Shown here piece after piece: positions 10,411 through 20,152 of a DNA stretch of 34,088 nucleotides (positions are counted from its first letter, which is position 1; the number at the start of each line of letters is the position of its first letter). Location of the stretch: positions 62,001-96,088 of the forward strand of contig MRSU01001977.1 of NCBI GenBank assembly GCA_008369845.1, written 5' to 3'. This DNA comes from Trichomonas gallinae. Its lineage: Eukaryota. The notes below the pieces were generated by a model that saw only the letters and a program-made list of their open reading frames with translations, had not been told where the DNA came from and ran no database searches. Both the position numbers and the translations under genes were made by a program.

Positions 10411-10597
10411 TGAAAAATTTTGCTAAAAAAATAATTAACAAAAATAAATTTTGTCTAAGATATCAAAACTATAAGAAAAAACAATCTATAAGATAATTCT
10501 GGTTGTTCCAGGATATATATATGAGAAATGCTAGAAAGATTTCGCAATTATTATTTAATCAAAAGAAAACAAAACAAAATATTTAAATCTATATAAA

Positions 10598-12904
10598 TTA
10601 TTGCTGTGGTAGATATGAGCAAATCTTTTCGAAAGCGTCATTAGGGACAATCTTCCTCAAGTTTTCGACTTTATTTGCAATGCAAGTCAAGGCAAACAGT
10701 GGATCATCAACGCATCTGTGCACAGCTTCACATATTTGGATGATGAAACTTCCTGTTTCCTGTCCCCTTAAAATATTATCATCAACATGATACAAAACTC
10801 CTAAAACAAGCTTTTGTATCACAGGCGATTTCTCGTTACAGTATGGGATGCTTTCGCGCGACATTGTGTTCAAGCGTGCGTTAACATTTAGAGGATATTT
10901 CCATATAATAAATATAGTCTCGTAGATCTGAGCGAGGTGCCCGTATATCAGATCTTTCGACTTCTCATATGCTGTCAATATTAAGTGGAAAACTGTGTCT
11001 TTGACATTTTCATCAGTGTCTGGTGAAGCTGCAAATTGCACAGAAGTCAACAGAATGTTTTCGAGCAGTGATGGATCTTCGATGGTTTTAGCTGATGCAA
11101 TGCATAGTTTGAGCATTGCTGTAAGTTCTTCGCTGTTTGAAACACTGTTTAGCTTCTCTCTTATCAGTGACTGCGCGTATTCAGTGACTTGCGGGTCACT
11201 CGTTGTCTTCAACAATGAAGTAAATATCGCTGCACCATCTGCAATCATGTCTGCTTGAACGAGAGAAATTCCAATCTGCAGGAACTCAACATAACTTTCA
11301 ACAGCCAATTCTTCCGACTGCGAATACAAAGCAGCGGCAAATCCAACAGTTGATGATGCATATGTAGGAACAGATTCGCTTTGGAGACAAGCTACAGCGA
11401 TTTCCAGTGCTTGAGGTAATAACATAACAGCAACAGTCTTATCGAGCTTTAAAACCATTGAAGTGAGAGTCCTCAAATACTCTGCCTTGTCATCATCATC
11501 TTGCATTTCCATCACGTGCTCGAAAACAGCAGATATCGAGCCAATTTTAGCTTCATCTGAGCATTTGTGGAGAATTTGGAATAAGCAGTCAATAACTTCA
11601 TTGCTGACACCTTCTATGTCAGCGTTTATGCAGCCAACGACGCACTCCACCATCTGGTCTAATACAACGAAATCAGCAAGAGCGGCGAGAGACTGCAAAA
11701 GGTAAAAACCGAGAATCAAGATTCTTGGCGTCGAATCATTTATCGCTTGCATGATATAATCAGGCAAATACGGCTTGATTGCGCTTGTCTTTTCGTCCGA
11801 TGCATAAAGAAGGTTTGTGAGCACGATGACACTTGCATCTCTTTCGCCAACTCTTTGAGATCCGATTTTTTCCAGAGCGAAGCTCAACAGATATTCGCGA
11901 ATTTCATCGGGCGAATTGATGACGATGGAAGAGAGAGAAATCCTAGAAGTAGCAATCAGTGTGTCAGCGGCTACAATTGCCTCGGATTCATCTGAGCTGA
12001 TTATGTCTATTAAAAGCTGTAAAACGCCAGAAAGATTCTGGTCAACTAAAAAATTAACTGGTTCGTATTTGTCTTCCATTGCGACAAAAAATCGGACGCC
12101 TAAGAGTGAGATAGCTCCCATACGAATATCTGGTTTATCACTATTGACACAGGAATAAACCTGCTCGGCAAAATTTGGAATTTGTGTGACAAGTTGGTAT
12201 TTTGTGCTCATTGCGTATTTAATGAATTCAAATCCTTCTTTAGGGGCTGCAGGTGTAACCATCCAAACCCATTGTATGATATTGAACAAGAATTCATTCA
12301 AATCTGTAATTGGTATCATTCTCGATATTATTCGCATGAAAATTGAAATTAAAACACTTTTATATTCATCTGGTGTCTCAACATTTGACGCATATTCGAA
12401 AATTTGTGTTAAGCTCTGATAAGCTACGTCAGGAAGGAAAAAACCATAAGCCGATAAATTCATTATAGTTTTAAGGAAGTTTATAGTAATAATCGAAGCA
12501 TTTTCAGGTTGAATCATTGAAATTAATTCGAGATTAATCATATTATTGAGATTCATATCATTTTCAAAATAAAAAACAAGTACTTCACTGGATAATCGCG
12601 ATAAATCATCAGGAAAACTTAGCATTTGGACTAATATATTTTTCATTTCAAGTCTAGTTTGTTCTGCGATGTTTCTAGGATCGACTCTGTTAAACACTTC
12701 GTCATTGTTCCTCTTTATCGGTATTGTAAGCATATTTGTAGCCGCCATTTGCATTGATTTATCTTGAGATGAAGTAATTACTGAAAGAAGATTGGTGATG
12801 AATACATCCGGTTCACTAAGAGCCAGAGACCTCAGTGTCTTCTCGGCTTCCTCGAAATTTTGGCCCGAATTCTTGAATTCTTGAATCAGGGTCGGAAAAT
12901 CCAT
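10598..12904 (-). CDS. HEAT/ARM-repeat protein, importin-beta (karyopherin-beta)-like
   Basis: 768 aa, acidic and predicted helical. The N-terminus EEAEKTLRSLA..EPDVFITNLLSVI....SMQMAATNML...RLEMKNILVQML follows the importin-beta N-terminal pattern, and ERDASVIVL / PRILILGFYLL resemble HEAT repeats. Confidence 0.65.
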   Translation of the reverse strand: MDFPTLIQEFKNSGQNFEEAEKTLRSLALSEPDVFITNLLSVITSSQDKSMQMAATNMLTIPIKRNNDEVFNRVDPRNIAEQTRLEMKNILVQMLSFPDDLSRLSSEVLVFYFENDMNLNNMINLELISMIQPENASIITINFLKTIMNLSAYGFFLPDVAYQSLTQIFEYASNVETPDEYKSVLISIFMRIISRMIPITDLNEFLFNIIQWVWMVTPAAPKEGFEFIKYAMSTKYQLVTQIPNFAEQVYSCVNSDKPDIRMGAISLLGVRFFVAMEDKYEPVNFLVDQNLSGVLQLLIDIISSDESEAIVAADTLIATSRISLSSIVINSPDEIREYLLSFALEKIGSQRVGERDASVIVLTNLLYASDEKTSAIKPYLPDYIMQAINDSTPRILILGFYLLQSLAALADFVVLDQMVECVVGCINADIEGVSNEVIDCLFQILHKCSDEAKIGSISAVFEHVMEMQDDDDKAEYLRTLTSMVLKLDKTVAVMLLPQALEIAVACLQSESVPTYASSTVGFAAALYSQSEELAVESYVEFLQIGISLVQADMIADGAAIFTSLLKTTSDPQVTEYAQSLIREKLNSVSNSEELTAMLKLCIASAKTIEDPSLLENILLTSVQFAASPDTDENVKDTVFHLILTAYEKSKDLIYGHLAQIYETIFIIWKYPLNVNARLNTMSRESIPYCNEKSPVIQKLVLGVLYHVDDNILRGQETGSFIIQICEAVHRCVDDPLFALTCIANKVENLRKIVPNDAFEKICSYLPQQ

Positions 12905-13013
12905 CTAATTTTTGACTAAAACATTTTAAAAATCGCAACAAATGACAACAAAAGAGATAAATATTAAAATCTAATGAACAAGTTTACATTGTCACGTTTT
13001 AATATTTTATATC

Positions 13014-13536
13014 AAAAGTGACGCTACAAATTTTAATAAAAGTGACATTTCAAAAAAAAAAATCAAAAAATGACAATACCAAAAATGTATTTGCTGTGAA
13101 AATAAGTTATCTGAAGCGTTTTTTTGTATGATAGACTAAAGTATGATGGATTTTGATGCCATTACAATCTATTTATACGACTTAGAATCGTAGCAAAAAA
13201 CAGCTAAAAAAAAATTTTTTTTTTTGAATCTCAACAACAGGGTATTTGTAAAATTAATCAGTCACGAAAAAGTGACAATACCAAAAATGTATTTGCTGTA
13301 AAAATAGGTTATCTATAGCGTTTTTTGTATGATAGAGTAAAGTATGATGGATTTTAATATCATTACAATCTATTTATATGACTTAGAATCGCAACAAAAG
13401 ACAACAACATAAATCAAAAAATCTCAACAGCAGGGTATTTGTAAAATTAATCAGGAACGAAAAAGTGACATATAATCTGACATATAATGTTAGCCTCGAA
13501 AAGTGACAAATCCAAAATTTTTATACAAAAAGTGAC
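13014..13536 (+). promoter_or_regulatory. Cluster of six AAAAGTGAC motifs (matches T. vaginalis promoter motif M2, AAAGTGAC)
   Basis: Exact AAAAGTGAC at 13014, 13038, 13268, 13461, 13499 and 13528, upstream of the minus-strand gene starting at 12904. Confidence 0.55.
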
Positions 13537-13640
13537 GCAGCCTAAAAAGTTGAAATGGTTATCCGAAGCGTTTTATATGAGTTAACTTTGAGAATAATGG
13601 ATTTCGTTGCCATTACAATCTATTTGTATTGTTTAAAATC
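13071..13640. repeat. ~200-bp tandem duplication (two similar copies plus a diverged partial third)
   Basis: TGACAATACCAAAAATGTATTTGCTGT starts at 13071 and 13273, and both copies end in CAGGGTATTTGTAAAATTAATCAG. The third copy retains GTTATC..AGCGTTTT and ATGGATTT...CATTACAATCTATTT (~13558-13625). Confidence 0.92.
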
Positions 13641-14535
13641 ATTTATATGGAAGTTGGTTGCCCAACTTTCTGATATATCTGTACTAGTTTTTAGGTTAAT
13701 AGCTTGATAATTGGTTATAACACACGGAATGTCAATTCTTAGATCTTAAAACTGTCTTACGGATACAGATTTACGCACATTTTTTCATAAAAATATATGC
13801 ATTCATATCTATATATACAACATTATACTCTCAGGATATTTTAAGTCGCAGAATCCATAAATTTCAGAAGGAATCTGGATAAAAAAAATTGATCAGATAA
13901 AAAAGCGTAGCAATCCATTGTTGAACTGTATCCAGGTCGATTTGCAGCATAAACCAATCCAATAAAATGCTTCGTTGTTAAATAATTTCAGAGACTTCAT
14001 TCAATAAGCCGTGACTATTTCATAGAGCTCAGCCAATTATTCGAATTCATATTTTGTAAACAATACAAAAATTGTTCTTTGTCTTTCTTTGAATTTATCA
14101 TTTCTATACCAACGATATTTTCACCCAGATTCGATAGTATGATATTAACAGTTTTACGCATAAATTTTATTTACATTTTGAAAACTCACAATTACAATAT
14201 GTGGTTTCCCTGAAAAGTGATTAGTCAAAAAATTGCTAATTTCCCATGCATTATTACTAAATATCATATTGTCTAAAAGATTTTTTGAAGTCATTGAAAT
14301 AACTTCTTTTCAAATCTAAATAATCTTCTGAAATAAAAATAATGCTCTCAATTTATTCTACTAGAAAATCGAAATATTACAATTTACTATATATTTCATG
14401 CTAATTGGATCGTTTATAATTTTGACAACAAATTCAAAAAAATTTAATCCATTATAATATGATTAGGAACATCTGCTTGATCGAATGACGAAGAATATAA
14501 AGTTAAGGAAAAAGTAAATTCCATATTTTTTTTTG

Positions 14536-15477
14536 ATGAATTATAGAGAACTGGAATTTTTCACTCGCAATGGAATAGAGTTCGAGAAAGTCCTTGCTAG
14601 GGGCTCAAATGGACTCGTATACCTTGTTTACTCTACTCAGCTTATGCAGAGATTTGTCATTAAAAAATATCCTAGCTACATCTTCAAAGAAAAAGACCTT
14701 GATAATATAACTGCCATATCAAACCCTCATTTAGTGAAGGTTTATCAGTATTATATGTTCAATAACTTTGTCTACTTGAGAATGGAATATTGTCCTTCAA
14801 ATCTCGAACAATTAATCAATGAAAACACTAGTCTTTCAAAGGAAGCTCTTAAAAATCTAATCCTCGATGTTGTAACAAGTGTCAAGACTTGTCATGACAA
14901 CAACGTTGCTATTAGCGATTTTACTTTAAATAACTTTTTGATTGATGAACGAGGCAAGATCAAGATCAATTTCCTCGGACTGAAACATATAGTCCAGGAT
15001 CCACAGAACTTCAGCGGAATGTGCTTCAAAATGATGAATTATTTCTTGCCTCCTGAAGTTTTAGACTTAAATGACTACGACGAAATGTCATCAGATATAT
15101 GGTCATTGGGTTGCATCCTGTTTTTCATGGCAACGCGCTCCTTGCCGTTTGAATCTCGAGATATGAAGTTCTTGAAAGAGAAAATCAAGAACTGTGACTA
15201 TAACATTGACAACGTAGAAGACACAAACCTCAAAGATATCATCCAGAAATGCTTGAAAATCGATCCTAGAGCCAGATCAACCGTTGGAAATATTTTGAAA
15301 ATGCGCTATTTCGGCAACCTTGATCTTTCTAAGAATAACCAGAGGTCCGTCATGAAATCCGAATGGAGGAAATCAGTTCACTCCGTTAGAAGAAATATGA
15401 CATTCATTAATACTAACGTTAAAGCTGGCTTCGAAATCCCACAGTCTCCTTTCAGGCCAAGCGAAACGGTCTTTTAG
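14536..15477 (+). CDS. CAMK-like protein kinase-fold protein, probable pseudokinase
   Basis: LARGSNGLVY, FVIKK, MEYCP, PPE and SDIWSLGCILFFMAT are present, but HRDxKxxN reads ISDFTLNN and DFG reads FLG. ATG at 14536; the track starts at TTG 14533. Confidence 0.85.
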   Translation: MNYRELEFFTRNGIEFEKVLARGSNGLVYLVYSTQLMQRFVIKKYPSYIFKEKDLDNITAISNPHLVKVYQYYMFNNFVYLRMEYCPSNLEQLINENTSLSKEALKNLILDVVTSVKTCHDNNVAISDFTLNNFLIDERGKIKINFLGLKHIVQDPQNFSGMCFKMMNYFLPPEVLDLNDYDEMSSDIWSLGCILFFMATRSLPFESRDMKFLKEKIKNCDYNIDNVEDTNLKDIIQKCLKIDPRARSTVGNILKMRYFGNLDLSKNNQRSVMKSEWRKSVHSVRRNMTFINTNVKAGFEIPQSPFRPSETVF

Positions 15478-15590
15478 ATAATATGTGTTGTTATTAAATA
15501 CTGTTTCAATATTGTTTGGATAATTTTGTATGTATTTTGCAGGTTATTTTTGTAGAAATAACATTTAATTCAGTAAAATTAAACAACAAT

Positions 15591-16724
15591 TTATTCTTCC
15601 TCTGCAGCTTCTTCTTCATCATTTCCATCTTCTTCAAAACAAACTAATTCGCTTACTGGTGGCTCAATTTGATCAAGGTTTGGCTGCTCTGTCTGCAGAT
15701 GCTTAGGGATCAACTGCTTGATTAAGTCTTGTCCGATGAAAGAAATTTCTTCTTGAGTAAAGTCAAAAAGTGGTGGCAGCTCTTTTCCGTTTGGAAGCGA
15801 GCAGTTCGGATCTCTAAGTTCGTCGAAGAAAGGATGAAGAAGAGCAACGTATCCTTTAAGTCTGTTCTGTGGATTATACACACACAGTTTAGACACCAGA
15901 TCAACTGCGAGGGGGTCTGTAGATGCTCTAAACGCGTTCTTCCATGCCAAAGGAGGTAATGAAGGAAGATCGAATTGCGCACACTGTGGATTCATGGCTA
16001 CCAGCTGTGAATGAGATGGGGAACCAAGTATATGGATGATAGCGAGCAACTGCTCCGGATTACTTTCTCCATTAAACAAAGGCTGGCCGAGTAACATCTC
16101 AGCTATCACACAACCAGCTGACCAAATGTCAATTGCACCATCGTAATGTGATGCACCAAGTATAAGCTCCGGTGCTCGATATGGCCTTGACGTAATATAT
16201 GAAATGCTTTGTTCGTTAGTTTTTATAAATTTCGCCGATCCGAAATCACAGAGCTTTAAATGACAGTTGGACGGGTGCAGAAGTATATTCAGCGGTTTAA
16301 TATCGCGATGACATATCTTTTTCGCATGTAAATATGCTAACACTCTTAATAATTGGTAAGATATGAGTTTTACCAGGAAAGTTGGCAGTGTTTGACCAAC
16401 AGCCAAGTATTGGCGCTCAACACCAGCCAAGTTTTCAGGTACATACTCTGTTACGAGATTTAAATAAAGCATTTTTGTAGATTGTGACTCGCTAATGAAG
16501 TGATGGATGAGAGTTAGACAATTTGGATGATGAATTGACTGCAATGTTTCTAATTCTCGTGATTTATATCTTGTATCTTCACAAATTTTCTTTAAAGCGA
16601 CGCGTTCGCCAGTTTCGAGGCTATAAATGAGATAAACTGTGCCAAACGCACCTTCACCAATAACTTTTTCTATAGTGTAGCGGAACCCGCAATGGTTACA
16701 AACCCTGCGCCCCGCTGCAGTCAT
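15591..16724 (-). CDS. GSK3: GSK3/shaggy-like CMGC Ser/Thr kinase
   Basis: IGEGAFGTV, VALKK, YKSREL, CHRDIKPLNIL, LKLCDFGSAK, SYITSRPYRAPELILGA and HPFFDELRDPN..LPNGKELPPLFDF. Confidence 0.95.
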   Translation of the reverse strand: MTAAGRRVCNHCGFRYTIEKVIGEGAFGTVYLIYSLETGERVALKKICEDTRYKSRELETLQSIHHPNCLTLIHHFISESQSTKMLYLNLVTEYVPENLAGVERQYLAVGQTLPTFLVKLISYQLLRVLAYLHAKKICHRDIKPLNILLHPSNCHLKLCDFGSAKFIKTNEQSISYITSRPYRAPELILGASHYDGAIDIWSAGCVIAEMLLGQPLFNGESNPEQLLAIIHILGSPSHSQLVAMNPQCAQFDLPSLPPLAWKNAFRASTDPLAVDLVSKLCVYNPQNRLKGYVALLHPFFDELRDPNCSLPNGKELPPLFDFTQEEISFIGQDLIKQLIPKHLQTEQPNLDQIEPPVSELVCFEEDGNDEEEAAEEE

Positions 16725-17313
16725 TTTTTATAAACGTGTAAGGATGAAAATGCTCTAAAAGTGCTTATATAATACTGTATGCATCTTATTTTTCGAATTT
16801 TCACATCGAAAATGGCTTTAATAATTTTTTCAAAAATTATTTCATTAATTTCGGACAAAATGAGATAATATTCATATCAGACTCACCTACAAATCGCATT
16901 TCTCAACATAGTTAGTACATAATTCATATATTTTCAAACAATCAAAATTAAAACTTATATTCTTAATGTTTCTTTATATTATTCACATAAATAGCCCAAA
17001 ATTCAGTATTTTATCATTCATTTAATTGAATTTTTTATTTTGATAAATATCTACTAATAGCATCAAAACTAAACCATCATATTTACAAACATTACTCTAT
17101 AAGATATAATATACTTTACTATCATGTATTCATGGAAATATATGTGCATAATAATTTTTTTCGATAAAATTCATCTCACGACTTCAAAATAGAGATATTA
17201 TATTTTAAAATATTATCCTATAGATCGAGTGGAAGCTATAACACAAATTATTTATAAAAATATTGATGAAAAATAGAAAATTAAATTTCGAAAAAATCAA
17301 CATTTTATTATAC

Positions 17314-19668
17314 TTACACGCCGCCAGCTCTTTGAAGAACATTTCTCATGTCCTGAGAAACTGCTAGTGTTAATGGTGTAGACACATGCTTTGAAGCCGC
17401 GTTTACATTGCATCCATTCTTAATCAGCAGTTTCGCAATTTCCACATTATCATTTTTCACCGCAATGTGGATCGGTGCTCTTTCCAATTCATCCTTTTGG
17501 TCGATAAGTGGTCTCCTATTGATGAGGGATTCCGCAATCTTATCATGTCCGAAAATTAGAGCCAAATGGAGAGGAGTTTCTCCAAATTTGTCTCTCGCGT
17601 TGACATCGAAGCGGTTCTTTATCAGTTTGTCAGCCAGCTCTTCATAGCCAAGCATTGCTGCCATGTGTAGTGGTGACCTTCCATCCGCATCTTTATCAGA
17701 GCGCTGCATTCCTCCAGTAGCCATTTTAGTTAATGCGTCTTTCTCTGTCATTTCGTTAATGAGAGCTTTCGGCATCTGCTCTGGATAATGCGGCCCATTA
17801 TAGTTGAATGGTGCTGGTGGATGAGGAGCTGTTTGATCTCTCTTCTTCATCTGCTTCTGCTGTCTCTGCTGCGGTGGAGCTTTCGGTGTCTCAGTCAGTC
17901 CTTGGTCCCTCAAAATGTCAATGATGTCTTGTGCTTTCTGCTTGATCGCGCAGTCCAACGCGTTGTCGTTATCTACTGTGACATCGAGTCTTGCTCCCGC
18001 TTCTATCAACGCCCTGACAACTTCAGTCTTCTTCTTGCGGATGGCTGTGAAAATAGGAGGAACGCACTTACCTGCTGGTGCAGCATTAGGAGACGCGCCA
18101 TTCATTGTTAAAGTCTTGATTAATAATGGATCAGGATCCGGATCTTCAAGCGCGAGCTGCACGTATGTCTTAGTTGTCTCGGGTCCATCCACAGGCTTGA
18201 GGCCGTATTCTGCGAGGATCTTGACCATCTCTGTGTTCTGTGTGCGGACGACTGAGCGAAGGATATCCACCTTTTTCTCTTCAGGTTCTTTGGAAACATC
18301 ATAATCTCTGTGCAGCAGAATCTTCGCTGCGTCTTCGCGGCCTTTCTGGGCACAGAGCTCGAGAAGAGTGGAGTCTTTGTATCTGCAATCGAAAGAGGCG
18401 CCTTTGGAAATCAGTAATTTCATGATTTCTACGTCGCCGATTTTTGTAGCGCGAACTAAAGCTGTTTCTTTTGTAGGTATAATCGTTGGGTTGTCTTTGG
18501 AGACCTTGTAGCCCATTGTTCTGTTGACATCCGCGCCGTGGTTAAGCAAATATTGGCAAGTTGCGTAATTTCCTCTGTATGCTGCTTCAATGAGGCCTGT
18601 TCCGTGGTTATCGGACGGATAGTTGATATCTGTGCCGTTCTGGATGCAGAACATGATCTGTCTGAGGCTTCCACTGCCTGCGCAGTCGATTATCGGCATC
18701 GGATTAAGTCCGTAATCAGCTACAAGTCTGTCGAATAGCTTGTGCTGACGGAAATTAAGAGCTGGATATAGACCTCGACTGAAATCAGCGCCTCGCTCTT
18801 TAAGTAATTCGTAAATCTCAAGACTTCCACCGCAAGATGTCTTAGCTACTGCATTCTTGTCAATTTCCGCACCATTCTCAATCAATGCTTTGACACATTG
18901 GACACTTCCGTAGTATGCCGCAAAAGCGAGAGGCGCCATCGGACGATTTTGCTTGACAACAACTGAGTATTTGTCTCCTTTCTCAACGAATTCGGAGAAC
19001 ATGGAGTCCTGCAAATTAGATTTCACGAAATCTGGATTTTGTTTGATGACTTCAAGGATTTGATCAACTTTATCGTATTTTAAGTAGTAGCTTGGAGTGT
19101 TTTTCTCATAACCATATCCGATAAGCTGAGAAAACAGCTCCCAATTGTTGGCTTTGAGAGTATCCCATTGTTTGATTGGAAAATATTGTTTAACAACTTT
19201 TTGTGGTGGAAGAATTTTCTCATCTGGCAGGAAGAAACCGACCTGCTGAGGCATCCTGATGAGTTTATCCTGCATTTCTTTGTCAGAAAAGATTGCTTTC
19301 TTGTAAAGCGAACGCAATAATCTTCCGTGCGATTTAAGATATAAATGATACTTGAAATCTGGTATTTGTATCGACAGTTGATGTGCTAGCTGTGAATATA
19401 TTTGTAATTTTTTGATTCTAATTTTTGCATAAATATTTAATTCGGAAGCGACAATATTAAAATGCTCTTGGTATTTGAAATTCGTACTTATCCAGTCTGC
19501 GAGATCTTTTATGCCCTCTTCTTCAAGAACATCAAGTCTATCTTGGAGTTCGACGATAGTCGCGTATTCAGGCTCAATCTCAACATCAGCGAGAGAGTGT
19601 ATCTTCAACTCAAGTGGCTGGGGCTGTGATTGAGCACTTTCATGAACCACATCATCAGCTGGATCCAT
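17314..19668 (-). CDS. Ankyrin-repeat protein
   Basis: Many ankyrin consensus units (PLAFAAYYGSVQCVKALIENGA, GRSPLHMAAMLG, GETPLHLALIFGH, APIHIAVKNDNVEIAKLLIKNG); two repeat blocks are separated by a Q/P-rich linker. Confidence 0.93.
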   Translation of the reverse strand: MDPADDVVHESAQSQPQPLELKIHSLADVEIEPEYATIVELQDRLDVLEEEGIKDLADWISTNFKYQEHFNIVASELNIYAKIRIKKLQIYSQLAHQLSIQIPDFKYHLYLKSHGRLLRSLYKKAIFSDKEMQDKLIRMPQQVGFFLPDEKILPPQKVVKQYFPIKQWDTLKANNWELFSQLIGYGYEKNTPSYYLKYDKVDQILEVIKQNPDFVKSNLQDSMFSEFVEKGDKYSVVVKQNRPMAPLAFAAYYGSVQCVKALIENGAEIDKNAVAKTSCGGSLEIYELLKERGADFSRGLYPALNFRQHKLFDRLVADYGLNPMPIIDCAGSGSLRQIMFCIQNGTDINYPSDNHGTGLIEAAYRGNYATCQYLLNHGADVNRTMGYKVSKDNPTIIPTKETALVRATKIGDVEIMKLLISKGASFDCRYKDSTLLELCAQKGREDAAKILLHRDYDVSKEPEEKKVDILRSVVRTQNTEMVKILAEYGLKPVDGPETTKTYVQLALEDPDPDPLLIKTLTMNGASPNAAPAGKCVPPIFTAIRKKKTEVVRALIEAGARLDVTVDNDNALDCAIKQKAQDIIDILRDQGLTETPKAPPQQRQQKQMKKRDQTAPHPPAPFNYNGPHYPEQMPKALINEMTEKDALTKMATGGMQRSDKDADGRSPLHMAAMLGYEELADKLIKNRFDVNARDKFGETPLHLALIFGHDKIAESLINRRPLIDQKDELERAPIHIAVKNDNVEIAKLLIKNGCNVNAASKHVSTPLTLAVSQDMRNVLQRAGGV

Positions 19669-19689
19669 TATTGAAGAAAGCGGTTTTTA

Positions 19690-20048
19690 ATTTTAGTTAT
19701 TATAAAAATCAAGTTTTTGTTGAAATATATATTTATCATATCCTAAAACACCTAAAAAACATGAAATTTTTGATTTTTGTTTTTGGTAATATAGAAATCA
19801 AGTTTTTGTTGATTTTTATATTTATTATACATTGAAATAATCAATAAACACAAAATTTTCGATTTTTATTTTTGGTATAATAAAAATCAAGTTTTTGCTG
19901 ATTTATAGATTAGTTATATAATAAAACATCCAAAAAACACAAAATTTTCGATTTTTATTTTTGATATAATAGAAATCAAGTTTTAGTGAATTTTTATTAT
20001 TATTATATGTTAAAACATCCAAAAAATATGGAATTTTTGATTTTTATT
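19690..20048. repeat. AT-rich tandem repeat, 89-bp unit x ~4
   Basis: AAATCAAGTTTT starts at 19706, 19795, 19884 and 19973; GATTTTT starts at 19772, 19861, 19950 and 20039. All spacings are exactly 89. Confidence 0.93.
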
Positions 20049-20152
20049 CCTTATTTTTTAAAAACGACTTTTAATTCAAAATAATATTAAAAAAACATCA
20101 TGTTTATGGTTGATTTATCGATTTACACCAACAAAATAAATCAAATTTTTTA

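Noticed and set aside
19679..19686. AGCGGTTT matching the Myb-like trichomonad M3 promoter motif near the ankyrin start
   Set aside because: It is a single short degenerate match in antisense orientation to the adjacent gene, which is insufficient evidence.
19690..20048. CRISPR-like look of conserved blocks at fixed spacing
   Set aside because: The intervening sequences are homologous to each other, the context is eukaryotic and there are no cas genes; it is a tandem repeat.
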